Of a DNA stretch of 64,000 nucleotides, positions 1 to 9,202 are shown one piece after another. Source of the DNA: Candidatus Marinacidobacterales bacterium. GTDB taxonomy: Bacteria; Acidobacteriota; Vicinamibacteria; Marinacidobacterales; SMYC01. The stretch lies in assembly GCA_965237955.1 (NCBI GenBank), contig OZ250169.1, forward strand, positions 192,001 to 256,000, in the 5' to 3' direction. Position 1 is the stretch's first letter; every line of letters begins with the position of its first letter. The translations under genes and the position numbers were made by a program. Under the pieces are notes generated by a model. It searched no databases, was not told where the DNA came from, and saw only the letters and a list, made by a program, of their open reading frames with translations.

Positions 1-1422
1 AACGTTCAGGCAGTGCAAAGAGAACAATCCGCAGCGCCTGCCGACGGCGATAACCAGCCGCCCGTCCTTGGCAACGTGGGAAGAGACGGAGCGTACGGAT
101 ACTCCCAAACAGTGGGTTCCGGCATGTCTTTCTCTTCACGCAAGGAACTGCCTGAGGAAGCGATGGAAGAAGGACTTGCGGAATTCCGTTCCGACATGCA
201 CGTGGTATGGCTGTATTACTCTGCGGAGGCCAGCGACCCGGAGAGGGACGAAGTGCGGTACATCTGGTCTCAGGTGTCTCCTGAAGAGCCAGTTGCGATC
301 ATAGATCAGGATGATGAGTTCGTTCCTAGTGGGCAAGCAGAGAAGATGAAACTGTGCGTTCCCCCCTCAGGAGCACAGATCACGCTTCAAGTTGTAGCGA
401 TGGACAAGAGTGGCGCCAAGAGCGAACCCAAGTCGGTCGTCGTGAACGACGCCGGTTGTGCTTCGAAGAAGCGTTGGGCCCAGTTGTCCAAGTTTGCCGA
501 ATTGCGCGAGTCGGCGAATCAGGGAGATCCTCGTTCGCACAAAGCGCTGGCGAACGCATATATCAACGGTACCGGGGTATGGAAGAATGAGGAGACAGGA
601 GTGGACCTCATGCGCACGTATGCGGAACAAGGAAACGCTGAAGCTCAAACTGAGTGGGCTTATTTTCTTTACCAGGGACAACACAGGGTCAAGAGAGATC
701 GCGCCGAAGGCCTCAAGTGGTATCGCCTTGCCGCCGATCAGGGGCATAGCCATGCCCAATATGTCGTTGGCATCCTCGTAGAAGACAAGCAAGAAGCAAT
801 GAATTGGCTCAGACTTTCGGCCGAGCAGAATCACACCCGAGCCCAATTCGATTTGGCGAAAATGCTGGCTGAGGGTGACGGTGTGCCGAGGGATTTGGCA
901 GCGGCAAATGAGTGGATGAGGAAATCGGCGGATCAGGGGCACCAACCCGCGAAAACCTGGATGGATAACTGGGAGGTGGCGACTGCTTTTAATGAGTCCG
1001 GAAATCGTCCTCCGCACTTGACTTCGGTTACCTATACGGGAGACGAAAGACCGACCTCTTTGTCCTATTCCGCCGATTCGATGACGTACAAGGACGGAAA
1101 ATTGGTCACGGAGGGGGGAAAGTCCAGAGTCGACACGATAGTGTGGCGCAAATTTACCGTTCGAGCTGAGGATTTTGACGGAGAGGCGATTAGATATCTC
1201 GTTACACAAGTCTCTCCAGATACTCCGCAAGCCACAATCGGCGGCCAGAGTGGTTATTCCAGATACCACGCCACCGGCAATGAAGTAATGTTTGCTGCAT
1301 GTTTCCCGCAGATTTCCGGTGGGGAATTCACCTTCGAGGTGATCGCCGAGGATAAACGTGGAGCAAGAAGCGATCCCTTGACAATCGTGCTCGAAGCCAT
1401 ACGGTCAGATAGATGCTCGTGA
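1..1422 (+). CDS. SEL1-like repeat protein with two flanking homologous beta-sandwich (Ig/PKD-like) domains; probably 5'-partial
   Basis: SEL1 repeats (AEQGNAEAQ, WYRLAADQGHSHAQY, AEQNHTRAQFDLA); duplicated domain RYIWSQVSPEEP..AMDKSGAKSEP / RYLVTQVSPDTP..AEDKRGARSDP; frame is open to base 1. Confidence 0.8.
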   Translation, partial: NVQAVQREQSAAPADGDNQPPVLGNVGRDGAYGYSQTVGSGMSFSSRKELPEEAMEEGLAEFRSDMHVVWLYYSAEASDPERDEVRYIWSQVSPEEPVAIIDQDDEFVPSGQAEKMKLCVPPSGAQITLQVVAMDKSGAKSEPKSVVVNDAGCASKKRWAQLSKFAELRESANQGDPRSHKALANAYINGTGVWKNEETGVDLMRTYAEQGNAEAQTEWAYFLYQGQHRVKRDRAEGLKWYRLAADQGHSHAQYVVGILVEDKQEAMNWLRLSAEQNHTRAQFDLAKMLAEGDGVPRDLAAANEWMRKSADQGHQPAKTWMDNWEVATAFNESGNRPPHLTSVTYTGDERPTSLSYSADSMTYKDGKLVTEGGKSRVDTIVWRKFTVRAEDFDGEAIRYLVTQVSPDTPQATIGGQSGYSRYHATGNEVMFAACFPQISGGEFTFEVIAEDKRGARSDPLTIVLEAIRSDRCS

Positions 1423-1824
1423 GTCGGATCACCCGTTGCAGACTCGCTTCCCATTGGACAAGTACGGAGAGTTGGGGACCTTCCTGAATCGAGTATCATT
1501 CGGACGGGAAGGCGAAGTACCGGTCGGACGAGTTGCGGTCCAATGGGCCTCGGGCTTTTCGAAGCAAGCACGTAAGTTGCGGGACGGCCTCGCCCGTCCT
1601 GTCCGAAAACGCGAACGGAGCGGCAAGGTCGAATCCTAGAGGCGTTCTGGTGCTTCCGTCATCAAATGTTGCTACGCCGCTGCGGGCAGTGGTACAGGTG
1701 CGGAAGAGACCGGGTTGCGGGCCCCAGGGAGCAGGAAAACCTCGATCCGCGACCACAAAGGAATCGTCGTCGCCAAGAAGATGTCTCGAAAAGTGAGCCG
1801 TCGCGTGGTCAGACCGGCCTGCAT

Positions 1825-2511
1825 GGTATTGTCAAGTTGACGTTGAGCGAGCGAACCTATCGCGTTGAGCTGACTTCCTTTGCTCTCATCGGACGGCACA
1901 GGTTACCTCCTGCCAGACGATGAAAGCGCGGTTTCGTAGCTCCCGATGATGATGCGCTTGCAACAAATGCCGTCCGACGCGAAAGAGATTTTGCACGAGT
2001 CCATGCACGGTCAAGAATCGTTGCGCCTGCCCAGGAGCTTTAAACTTCCGCATCTGTCGTTCCCGTTGTCGCGTCGGTTCGTGCGAGACTTCGGCTAGGT
2101 TGTTTCTGTACTGGTTAGTGTCGTGGACGACGGACGGCATGACCTCGCGGTGAGCGGCGCTGTAGCTTCTCAGTTTGTCGGTGACCAGCTGCCAGGGCGG
2201 ACGGCCTTGCCCCTTCAACAGCTTGCGGAAGAATCGTTTGGCGGCTTTCTGATCACGGCGAGGCTGAACGAGGAGATCGATTACATCACCATCTTGGTCT
2301 ACCGCGCGCCATAGGTATTGGCGTTCACCTTGTATCTTTATGAAGACCTCGTCCAGGTGCCACGTGTCACCGAGACGACCCTGCCGACGCTTCAGTCGCC
2401 GAGCGTATTCCGGCCCGAACTTAATGCACCACAGTCGGACCGCTTCGTAAGAAACTGTGATGCCTCGCTGAGCGAGCAACTCTTCGACGTTTCGAAAGCT
2501 CACGCAGAATC
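1825..2511 (-). mobile_element. IS6-family element, 3' part; transposase (1886-2511) interrupted by a group II intron
   Basis: IR GGTATTGTCAAGTTGAC at 1825; near-identical to the IS6 copies at 51808, 56544 and 59117; similarity stops at 2511. Confidence 0.9.
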
Positions 2512-2846
2512 GTTGAGTAGGCCGGGGGAGTCACACCCCCAGCCTCTCGCAGAACGGTACGTGAACCTCTCGACTCATACCGCTCCAATCAGGCGAACAC
2601 ACCTGTCATCCCGAGGTGCCAGTGAGCAAACAGACCAGGGCGATGCTTACACCCGCAGCGCCCGAGTTGGCTTTAACAAGACGGTAAGCCTGCATCACTT
2701 GCTGCTTCGGTATGTCAAATGGTTTTGTCTTCATCCGCATCTCCTCCTGGTTAATCCAGTTGAATGCGAACAAGACCGCCTAACGTCGCCCCTTCGCTCC
2801 ATCACCATTACAGTGACTTCATCACTAATACGGGCGACTCCGTCCC
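2512..2846 (-). mobile_element. Group II intron remnant (RmInt1-like, class D), domains III-VI, with internally deleted RT ORF
   Basis: Minus strand: DV GAGCGGTATGAGTCGAGAGGTTCACGTACCGTTCTG, DVI ending CTACTCAAC; ORF start MKTKPFDIPKQQVMQAYRLVKANSGAAGV (ATG 2734) joined to C-terminus HRPGLFAHWHLGMTGVFA* (stop 2589). Confidence 0.85.
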
Positions 2847-2922
2847 ATCCTATGTGCTCGCTAGATTTAGGATTCTTGGAAGTTGTGCAGCGCGCAGGGT
2901 TCGAGACGCAAGCGTCTAGAGG

Positions 2923-3262
2923 CTATCCCAGAACGTCCACGTAAGAAGTCTCAATCGAAGCCGACCAGCAACGTTTTCCCGACCAGCAGCGTAGGGGCAC
3001 GCAGGTTTCCCGTCGGTCCTACCAGCGCATCCACGATTTCCTTGGACGCCTTCCCGCCGGGAAAGATTTGGACTTTCTTGCCCTTGGCGACGATGACTTT
3101 TTGGGCGGCTTTGATGAGCGCCGCAGCGTCTTTGCGGCTCAGCTTTTTCGAGGCAGAGACAACTTCCTTCGCTTCGATTTTCTTGGCGTCCATGAACTTG
3201 GACGCTCGGCTACAGCTTGTTCACCCGTTGCGGTGGTAGTACCAGTCGACTTGCTTCGGCAT
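2923..3262 (-). CDS. ArsC/Spx-like thioredoxin-fold selenoprotein (UxxC); a +1 frameshift near the C-terminus gives a premature TGA at 2951
   Basis: MPKQVDWYYHRNG-TGA(3221-3223)-TSC-SRASKFMDAKK...GNLRAPTLLVGKTLLVGFD; purine-rich RBS before ATG 3262; removing one T restores ..FDETSYVDVLG*. Confidence 0.8.
3186..3205 (-). promoter_or_regulatory. Putative bacterial SECIS hairpin
   Basis: GCGTCCA-AGTTCA-TGGACGC, a 7-bp stem whose loop starts 22 nt after the UGA, with G at loop position 2 followed by U. Confidence 0.6.
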
Positions 3263-3403
3263 CCCTCTTTGTCACCCTCTTGTTGTGCCCGACCCCGTGT
3301 TCAGGTTGAAAGTAGGAACCCTATTCTATCAGTTACTATTAATAATGACGTTACCGAGCTGCCGGCCCCATTCGAGACAGAGAACGCGGGGAGCATTCTA
3401 ACG

Positions 3404-3452
3404 ATGTGTGGCCGTTTCACACAGAAGCTGACTTGGCGTCAGATTCACCACC
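3404..3452 (+). pseudogene. SOS response-associated peptidase (SRAP/YedK) N-terminal stub truncated by an IS end
   Basis: MCGRFTQKLTWRQIHHL with the diagnostic MCGRF start; IS terminus begins at 3453. Confidence 0.65.
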
Positions 3453-3788
3453 TGTCCTTCATCATTATTGATCCAGCGGGAATGGTACCGCTGGTGGCCC
3501 TACGACGAACGAAGAAACCCGGGTCGGCGCGCGCGGGCACTTGCCGAGATCACGCGATCAATGGGCCGCGGAGCTGGACAACGCAATCGCGAGGGACCCC
3601 AGCAATCGACGCGCAGCGACTAAACTGGCTCAGGCGGCGTCGCGCCATTCGTAGCGGTGGTGGAGCCCACCCACTCGCGGCAACGCGACGACTTTTGCGG
3701 TCGGTGATGGTCGGGGCGTGACGGGTCTTGAGTTCGGGGTGTCTTTGTCGAGACTCAAGTGGCAACGGTCCTCGTGGTAGTAGCTGAT
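3453..3788 (-). mobile_element. Right-end remnant of the integrase-core-domain IS seen complete at 25055-26400
   Basis: Near-identical reverse complement of about 26066-26400; cut at 3788 by the RIT end. Confidence 0.9.
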
Positions 3789-3892
3789 TTATGCCGAGTA
3801 CCGGATTATGCCGCGTAGGGGTGGTGCGCGTTGGATCGATGCACGGTTGGCGCGGGTTTTGCGCGGTTGAAGGCATTCTCTACGCGGCATAA

Positions 3893-4882
3893 TCAAAGGC
3901 TCTCCAAGAAGGCGAGTAGCTGGTCCTGAGGGCGGAAGCGTCCAGGCCTTGTATTGGGCAGAGCGGTCTTTGCGAGCGCACGTTCCTTGATGGCGAGATC
4001 TGCGTGCAGATAGATCTGAGTGGTCTCGACAGATTCGTGCCCAAGCCAAAGGGCGATGACGCTGGTGTCGACCCCAGCCTCGAGGAGCTGAACGGCGGTG
4101 GTGTGGCGCAGGACGTGGGGGGATACGTTTTTGTTGATGAGAGCCGGGCACTTCTTGCAAGCGGCGGCGGCGTGCTTTTTGACGAGCCGTTCGACGGCGT
4201 CGCGGCTCAGGACGCCGCCGCGACGGCTGGGGAACAGCGGCTCAGCTGGAGTTGCACGTTGTTGCTTAATCCAGTTTCGGAGAACCGCGACTGTCTGAGA
4301 AGTGAGAGGCGTAGAACGTTGCTTACGGCGCTTGCCTCGACAGCGGACGTGAGCAACAGATTCAAGAGAGATATCTTCGCACTTCAGCTGGATGAGCTCC
4401 GAGACACGAAGTCCGGTTTGGATCATCGTGAGCAGGAGCGCATGGTCTCGGCATCCGATCCAACAGTTTCTATCGGGAGCTTCGAGTAGGGCATCGATCT
4501 CGGTGCGGTTCAAGAAGCAGACGAGGTTTTTGTCAAAGCGCTTATGCGGGATGGCGAGGACGCGTTGAATGAGGGCGCCATGGGCCGGCTCTCTTAACGC
4601 GATGAAGCGGAAAAAGGAGTGGATGGCGGCGAGGCGAGTGTTGCGAGTTCCGACGCTATTGTTCCGTTCCGTTTCCAGGTGATCGAGAAACGAGGCAACG
4701 AAAGGAGCATCGATATCGGTGAGGAGTAGCGCGGAGGGTGCTTTGAGGAGATGTTTTTCGGCGAAGGTGAGGAGGAGGCGAAAAGTGTCGCGATAAGAAG
4801 CGATGGTGTTGGGGCTAGCCTGCTGTTGCCGGAGTAGTCGATCGAGAAAAAGCGCTTCGAGCAAAGGCGAGAGAGTGGTCAT
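3893..4882 (-). CDS. Tyrosine recombinase (RitC-like)
   Basis: TGLRVSEL, HVLRH, LGHES..TTQIY catalytic motifs; 329 aa. Confidence 0.9.
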   Translation of the reverse strand: MTTLSPLLEALFLDRLLRQQQASPNTIASYRDTFRLLLTFAEKHLLKAPSALLLTDIDAPFVASFLDHLETERNNSVGTRNTRLAAIHSFFRFIALREPAHGALIQRVLAIPHKRFDKNLVCFLNRTEIDALLEAPDRNCWIGCRDHALLLTMIQTGLRVSELIQLKCEDISLESVAHVRCRGKRRKQRSTPLTSQTVAVLRNWIKQQRATPAEPLFPSRRGGVLSRDAVERLVKKHAAAACKKCPALINKNVSPHVLRHTTAVQLLEAGVDTSVIALWLGHESVETTQIYLHADLAIKERALAKTALPNTRPGRFRPQDQLLAFLESL

Positions 4883-5705
4883 GGCAGTTTCTCCATAGCG
4901 CGTTCGAGTCGTTTTCCGGCAAGCGCCATCAGATCAGGAGTAGCGGTCAGATACCAGTAGGTTGATGTTGGACTGACATGACCGAGGTAGGTCGACAAAG
5001 AAGGCAGTCTCGGCTCGACGTCTAAACCGGCTTCGTACCAGCGGCGAATCGTCTTGACTGCGAACGAGTGGCGCAGGTCGTGAATCCGAGGTCGGCGGGG
5101 GCGGCAGTGATTCAGACTAGCTCTTTTCCGGAGTCTCAAAAAGTTGGCGTGTACGTTTTGGCTGATGAGCCGCGTTGCCGAGGTAGAGAGTAAGAAGCTC
5201 GGTGCTCGTGGTCGTGAGATGAACTCATTGCGTTGCTCAGCGTAGGTGCGTATCGCATCCCGACTCGTCGAATGGAGCGGTAGTTCTCGCGACTTCTTGA
5301 ATTTGGAGTCTCGGACGAAGAGCACCGCGTTGTTGCAGTCGACGTCATCACGGTCGAGCCTGAGGGCCTCGCCAAGGCGCATTCCAGTGACAGCAAGCAG
5401 GCCAAACAAGGTGGTGTAGGTGGCGGCCATCAAAGGATGTGGAATCACCTGGGCTTCGCCGAGCAGAGCTGTAACGTCCTCATCCGAGTAGATATACGGC
5501 TCGTATCGAATCTTGCGGTACGGGATCAGCTCGGCAGGTGGAACTTCGTGCCGTGGGTCCGATGCGTGCAGATACCGCGCGAAACCACGCACGGCGATGA
5601 GGCGGTTAGCGTGCGTGATGGACGCGACGTTGTTCGACTGGATGGCCCAATCCAAAGCCAACGCTGTCGTCACGATCGAGGAATGCTGTTGTTGCGCGTA
5701 TTCGA
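4879..5705 (-). pseudogene. Tyrosine recombinase (RitB-like), N-terminus removed by an IS5 insertion
   Basis: TGMRLGEAL, HDLRHSFA, LSTYLGH..STYWY; ATGA overlap with ritC; IS5 IR at 5706. Confidence 0.85.
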
Positions 5706-6784
5706 GGCGTTGTTGCACGGCCCGGAGCAAATCGCTGACCTCCCTGTGCCGGTTGCAGAGTCACCCGGCGCAGTACGTATCGGGCATCCCGAGCGCAGCC
5801 ATCTTGTTGAGTATCTCGCACCCAATTCGGTGTTCAACTCGTTGCCTCGCCAACGTTCGAGCCCGCATCTCCGGCCCGATGATCGCCTTGTAACGATAGA
5901 CCGCGTTCTCCACCATGCTTCGCTTGGTGTAGCCTGAGAGCTTGTACCATTCACGTCGGCCGTGTCTTTCGATTGCACGAATATGGCGATCGCGCTCCTG
6001 CATGGCGGTGTTCGAATTCTGACTGAGCGTCGCGTTTCGTTGCGGCGGAATCACCACGCGCGTCCTTCGTCCAGGACTGTGCGCTTCGATGGCTTCGTAG
6101 ACCGCTTCCTTGTCGTATGCACTGTCCACCGACGCTATAGGTGCTTGAATCTGTGTTAGCAAAGGGGGGACTCGCGTTGCGTCGCGAGCTCGTGACGCCG
6201 TCAGTTCGGACGCAACAATGTTCCCTGTCTCGCGATCAACGGCGATGTGCAACTTGCGCCATGCGCGCTGCTTTGGCGGTTTGCGAGCGTTTCCAACATG
6301 AATCCTCAAGCCCGTGCTATCGATCATCAGGTGGATGGGTTGAGTGCTCGCGGCTTTCGGAATCCGCAGCTTCTTGCGGAGCAACCTCGAGCGCCGACAC
6401 AACGTCGAGTAGTCCGGGATCTCGATACCGAGCCCGAGAAGCGAGGCGATCGAGTGCAAGAAGCCTTCGGTTTGTCGGTAGGCGAGCTTGTACACCATCC
6501 GGACAACCAGGCCCGTTTCAATCGCCATGTCTGAATAGACCCGTTGACCGCCAGGCTTACCGGTCTTGTCGGCCTTCCAGTTCGCGATTGCCTCCTCGTC
6601 AAACCAGACTGTCAAATCGCCCCGGCGGCGCAGCCCTTCGTTGTATTCCGCCCAGTTGCGAACGTGGTACTTCTTCTGCTTCGCGTGCTTGTACTGGCAG
6701 CGCTTGGGATACTTCATGCTCGAACATACCTCGGCCACCACCATAGGCGGATTTCGCTCTCAGCCAGAGCGGTGCAACAACGCC
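5706..6784 (-). mobile_element. IS5-family (IS903 group) element, transposase 5761-6744
   Basis: IRs GGCGTTGTTGCAC at both ends; NWAEYNEGLRRRGDLTVW, DSTG, WRKLH, YTKRSMVE motifs; 6 bp shorter than the copy at 46322. Confidence 0.92.
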
Positions 6785-6932
6785 GCTTCCTCCCGCAAAG
6801 CCGACGATGGCGTCGTCAGATCGACCAGCACGAAGCAGCCAAATAGGGCAGGTCTACACCGCGCAATCAACGCTGGATCGACTTTTTGCGGAGCACAGCC
6901 ATTTCAAAAGGGCCGAGTTTTGGCACAGGACG

Positions 6933-7210
6933 CGCTTCAGACAGCGATTCTCGTCCTCAAGTTGCTTCAGCCGACGGGCGTCGCTGATGTCCATCCCGCC
7001 ATACTTCCTTCGCCACTTGTACAACGTCGTGTTCGACATCCCGTGCTGCAACACAACTCCAATATGCCCGTCCCCGATTCCGCTTTACCCAGAGTCCCAA
7101 TGATCTGCTCCTCCGTGAAACGCTTTCGTTTCATGACCGTTCCTCATCACGGCCATTATCTCAGCTCCGTTTCCAACTCAGATTTGAACCAGTTTTCGGG
7201 GAGCAGGTCA
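6933..7210 (-). mobile_element. IS3-family (IS407-like) left-end remnant with degenerate orfA
   Basis: End TGACCTGCTCCCCGAAAACTGGTTCA at 7210; MKRKRFTEEQII..TLYKWRRKYGGMDISDARRLKQLEDEN. Confidence 0.8.
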
Positions 7211-7816
7211 TATCCCCAGACTGTTAAGGATGTCCTCCACCTGGACCTGGCTCTCAATCATAAGGAGGGACCAGTGCTGGCGGCGACCTGCTGGAACGAT
7301 AATCTCTTTCGTACGTGGAGGTCGCTTCTCCGCTCGCCACTGCCCATCCCTCATTGCATCCTCGAAAAGCGGTCTAAGCCTTGGGGAGTATTGGCTGGAA
7401 TAGAGGCGAACGATCCGTAGTGCGCAACCCATCCAACCAATGATCTGCGTGGAGGAGGTTTGCGGCCAGCAATGGTCGAGGACTCCGACGGCATCGAGAA
7501 TCGCATCGGCGCAATGCTGTTCGTCCACGGTTGCCGCCGGATTGGCATGCTGCATATTGTTGCGCGTTAAATGGCTTCCCTGGATAGAATTTCCAAGCGG
7601 GTTATTCGGTATTTGGACACCCGGCGCGTTCCACGCCGTACGAAAGCCACAACGCAAATTAAACTGGTGATTGTTTTCCCGAGCCCGGAGCTTGCAAGCC
7701 ATTTCTACCAATTCATCCGCCAAAATGAAGGCTGCCCGGTCCCGGTGGCGGATCCCCGAAAAGTAGATGCCTAAGACAGATTCAAGACCATCGAGGATTT
7801 CTCGCGGGCAGGGCAT
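7208..7816 (-). CDS. Putative HEPN-domain protein (predicted RNase), third gene of the RM operon
   Basis: R85-NNMQ-H90 (RxxxxH) plus upstream D34..E38xxxK42 helix; starts 3 nt after the S-subunit stop; its stop codon coincides with the IS3 terminus. Confidence 0.6.
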   Translation of the reverse strand: MPCPREILDGLESVLGIYFSGIRHRDRAAFILADELVEMACKLRARENNHQFNLRCGFRTAWNAPGVQIPNNPLGNSIQGSHLTRNNMQHANPAATVDEQHCADAILDAVGVLDHCWPQTSSTQIIGWMGCALRIVRLYSSQYSPRLRPLFEDAMRDGQWRAEKRPPRTKEIIVPAGRRQHWSLLMIESQVQVEDILNSLGI

Positions 7817-7819
7817 CCG

Positions 7820-9202
7820 CTACTTCTCCCCTTTCCTCACAGACTCTTCCACAATTCGCTTCGCATCTTTGATTAGGCGCTTAGACTCTTGTAGAGCGCG
7901 AATTGACTCGCGGACCTTTTTAACAAATATCTCTTGCCACCCCAAGTCGCCAAAGACGACGTAGATACTTTCGATGGCGGAGATGGTGAGGTTTGTTTGA
8001 ACCGTACCTGTATTCAGCCTTTCCACCTGTAGTGAACCGCAAGAAGAATTGATATAGAGTGCCAAGAAGTCCGGGTGAACCTTTGTACGATCGGGCTGGA
8101 CTCTAATGAAATAGCTCCCGAAAATTGCCCCTTGAAGTTCATCTGGAATCGCGACCGCGACGCCCAACGTCCCACTTCGCGAGACCAGCACATCCCTCGC
8201 ATGTGCTTCCGCTGCCTTTTGTTCCACAGCCTCTTTACTGGATATTCGCAGAACAGTCGCCAGATCAAATCGGCGATTTTCCAAGTCAGCTAACCGTAAG
8301 AAGGGGACGCCTGTTTCGGTGTAGCTTAACTTGTCGGAAGTCCCATACCGGAGCGGGGTGGATATTGACGAGATACGCGCCGATGTTTTGGCCTTTGCAG
8401 CTTTTTCCAAGCTCTTCATCAGCTGATAGTACCTGGGTCGGTAGTACTCGGCGTCAAGACGATGCGTCGCGACCGCCTCCGAATATGGCCGCTCGTAGGA
8501 TAGGACGGGCGACGGGTCAAGCGAATCGAGGCCAAGCTCCGAAAGCAGCAGGTTCTGTGCGTCCTCGTAGAGCCTTTCTGATTCTTGTAGCTTAGAATGA
8601 GCCTCTCTTACCTTCGTAGAAACGTTCTTTTGGATCGTGTTCGTTGGAAGCATTATGGGCATGTTCTTCAAATCGGTAAGATTTAAGCCGGTCTGAACGT
8701 GGCCGCGAGTCATTCGTTGAAACCAAGATTGCCCCGTCGGGCTGTTGAGGTAAGCACAGAGATAATAGGGGTCAAGACTCTTCGACCGGAAAGCGGTACT
8801 CTTGCAGCTGAATATGGCCCTCCCAACGTCGTCGGTGATAATAGAGATATTCCCGAGCGTCCCGACTACGGAAACCAGCAAATCGCCAGTTCCGATAGCG
8901 TGTTTCCCGAGTCGTCCGAAATCTTTTCTGGAGATGTAACAATTTTCATCGTCCGCGAGGAAGAATGGTCTGACATCTCTCCCCCTGATATACCGGAAGG
9001 GAGAATGACGTACGTAGTTCTCTACCAGAAACGCAGAGCCGAACGGTCCCACAATGAAGTTCCCATCAATTTCGCCCCATTTCTTAACGTGCTCTTTTGA
9101 TAGTAGGCCCTCTAAGGTTAAGTTTTCAGGACGATAGTATTCTGCGTCCAATCGAAGATCATCGGTTAGCTCTGAGAAACGCACTTGGCTCCGAACTGCC
9201 AT
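7820..9202 (-). CDS. hsdS: Restriction-modification specificity (S) subunit with two TRDs
   Basis: Duplicated RLDAEYYRP blocks, GDLLVSVVGTLG / RDVLVSRSGTLG, YLNS / YINS, QTGLNL / QTNLTI; ATG 9202 overlaps the upstream TAA (TAATG). Confidence 0.85.
   Translation of the reverse strand: MAVRSQVRFSELTDDLRLDAEYYRPENLTLEGLLSKEHVKKWGEIDGNFIVGPFGSAFLVENYVRHSPFRYIRGRDVRPFFLADDENCYISRKDFGRLGKHAIGTGDLLVSVVGTLGNISIITDDVGRAIFSCKSTAFRSKSLDPYYLCAYLNSPTGQSWFQRMTRGHVQTGLNLTDLKNMPIMLPTNTIQKNVSTKVREAHSKLQESERLYEDAQNLLLSELGLDSLDPSPVLSYERPYSEAVATHRLDAEYYRPRYYQLMKSLEKAAKAKTSARISSISTPLRYGTSDKLSYTETGVPFLRLADLENRRFDLATVLRISSKEAVEQKAAEAHARDVLVSRSGTLGVAVAIPDELQGAIFGSYFIRVQPDRTKVHPDFLALYINSSCGSLQVERLNTGTVQTNLTISAIESIYVVFGDLGWQEIFVKKVRESIRALQESKRLIKDAKRIVEESVRKGEK

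Larger units (their letters stand above)
3789..5705 (-). mobile_element. Partial RIT (recombinase-in-trio) element: ritC intact, ritB 5'-truncated, ritA absent
   Basis: Two overlapping tyrosine recombinase genes; terminal TTATGCCG motifs and a perfect 15-bp IR GATTATGCCGCGTAG (3804-3818 / 3880-3894). Confidence 0.8.

Noticed and set aside
367-1269. 300-aa minus-strand ORF and similar long antisense ORFs (e.g. 40704-41621, 38503-39273)
   Set aside because: Shadow frames opposite well-supported genes in GC-rich DNA, with no motifs
2951-2953. Second TGA in the ArsC-like gene as another selenocysteine
   Set aside because: Not a redox position; a 1-nt deletion restores a natural-looking C-terminus, so it is a frameshift
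3893-5705. Tyrosine recombinases as an integron integrase or XerCD
   Set aside because: Tandem overlapping arrangement and TTATGCCG ends fit RIT; no attC cassettes or IntI insertion seen
6848-6900. 53-bp repeat also at about 18172-18224
   Set aside because: Most simply a remnant IS end (GGCTGTGCTCCGCAAAAAGTC); no evidence of independent function
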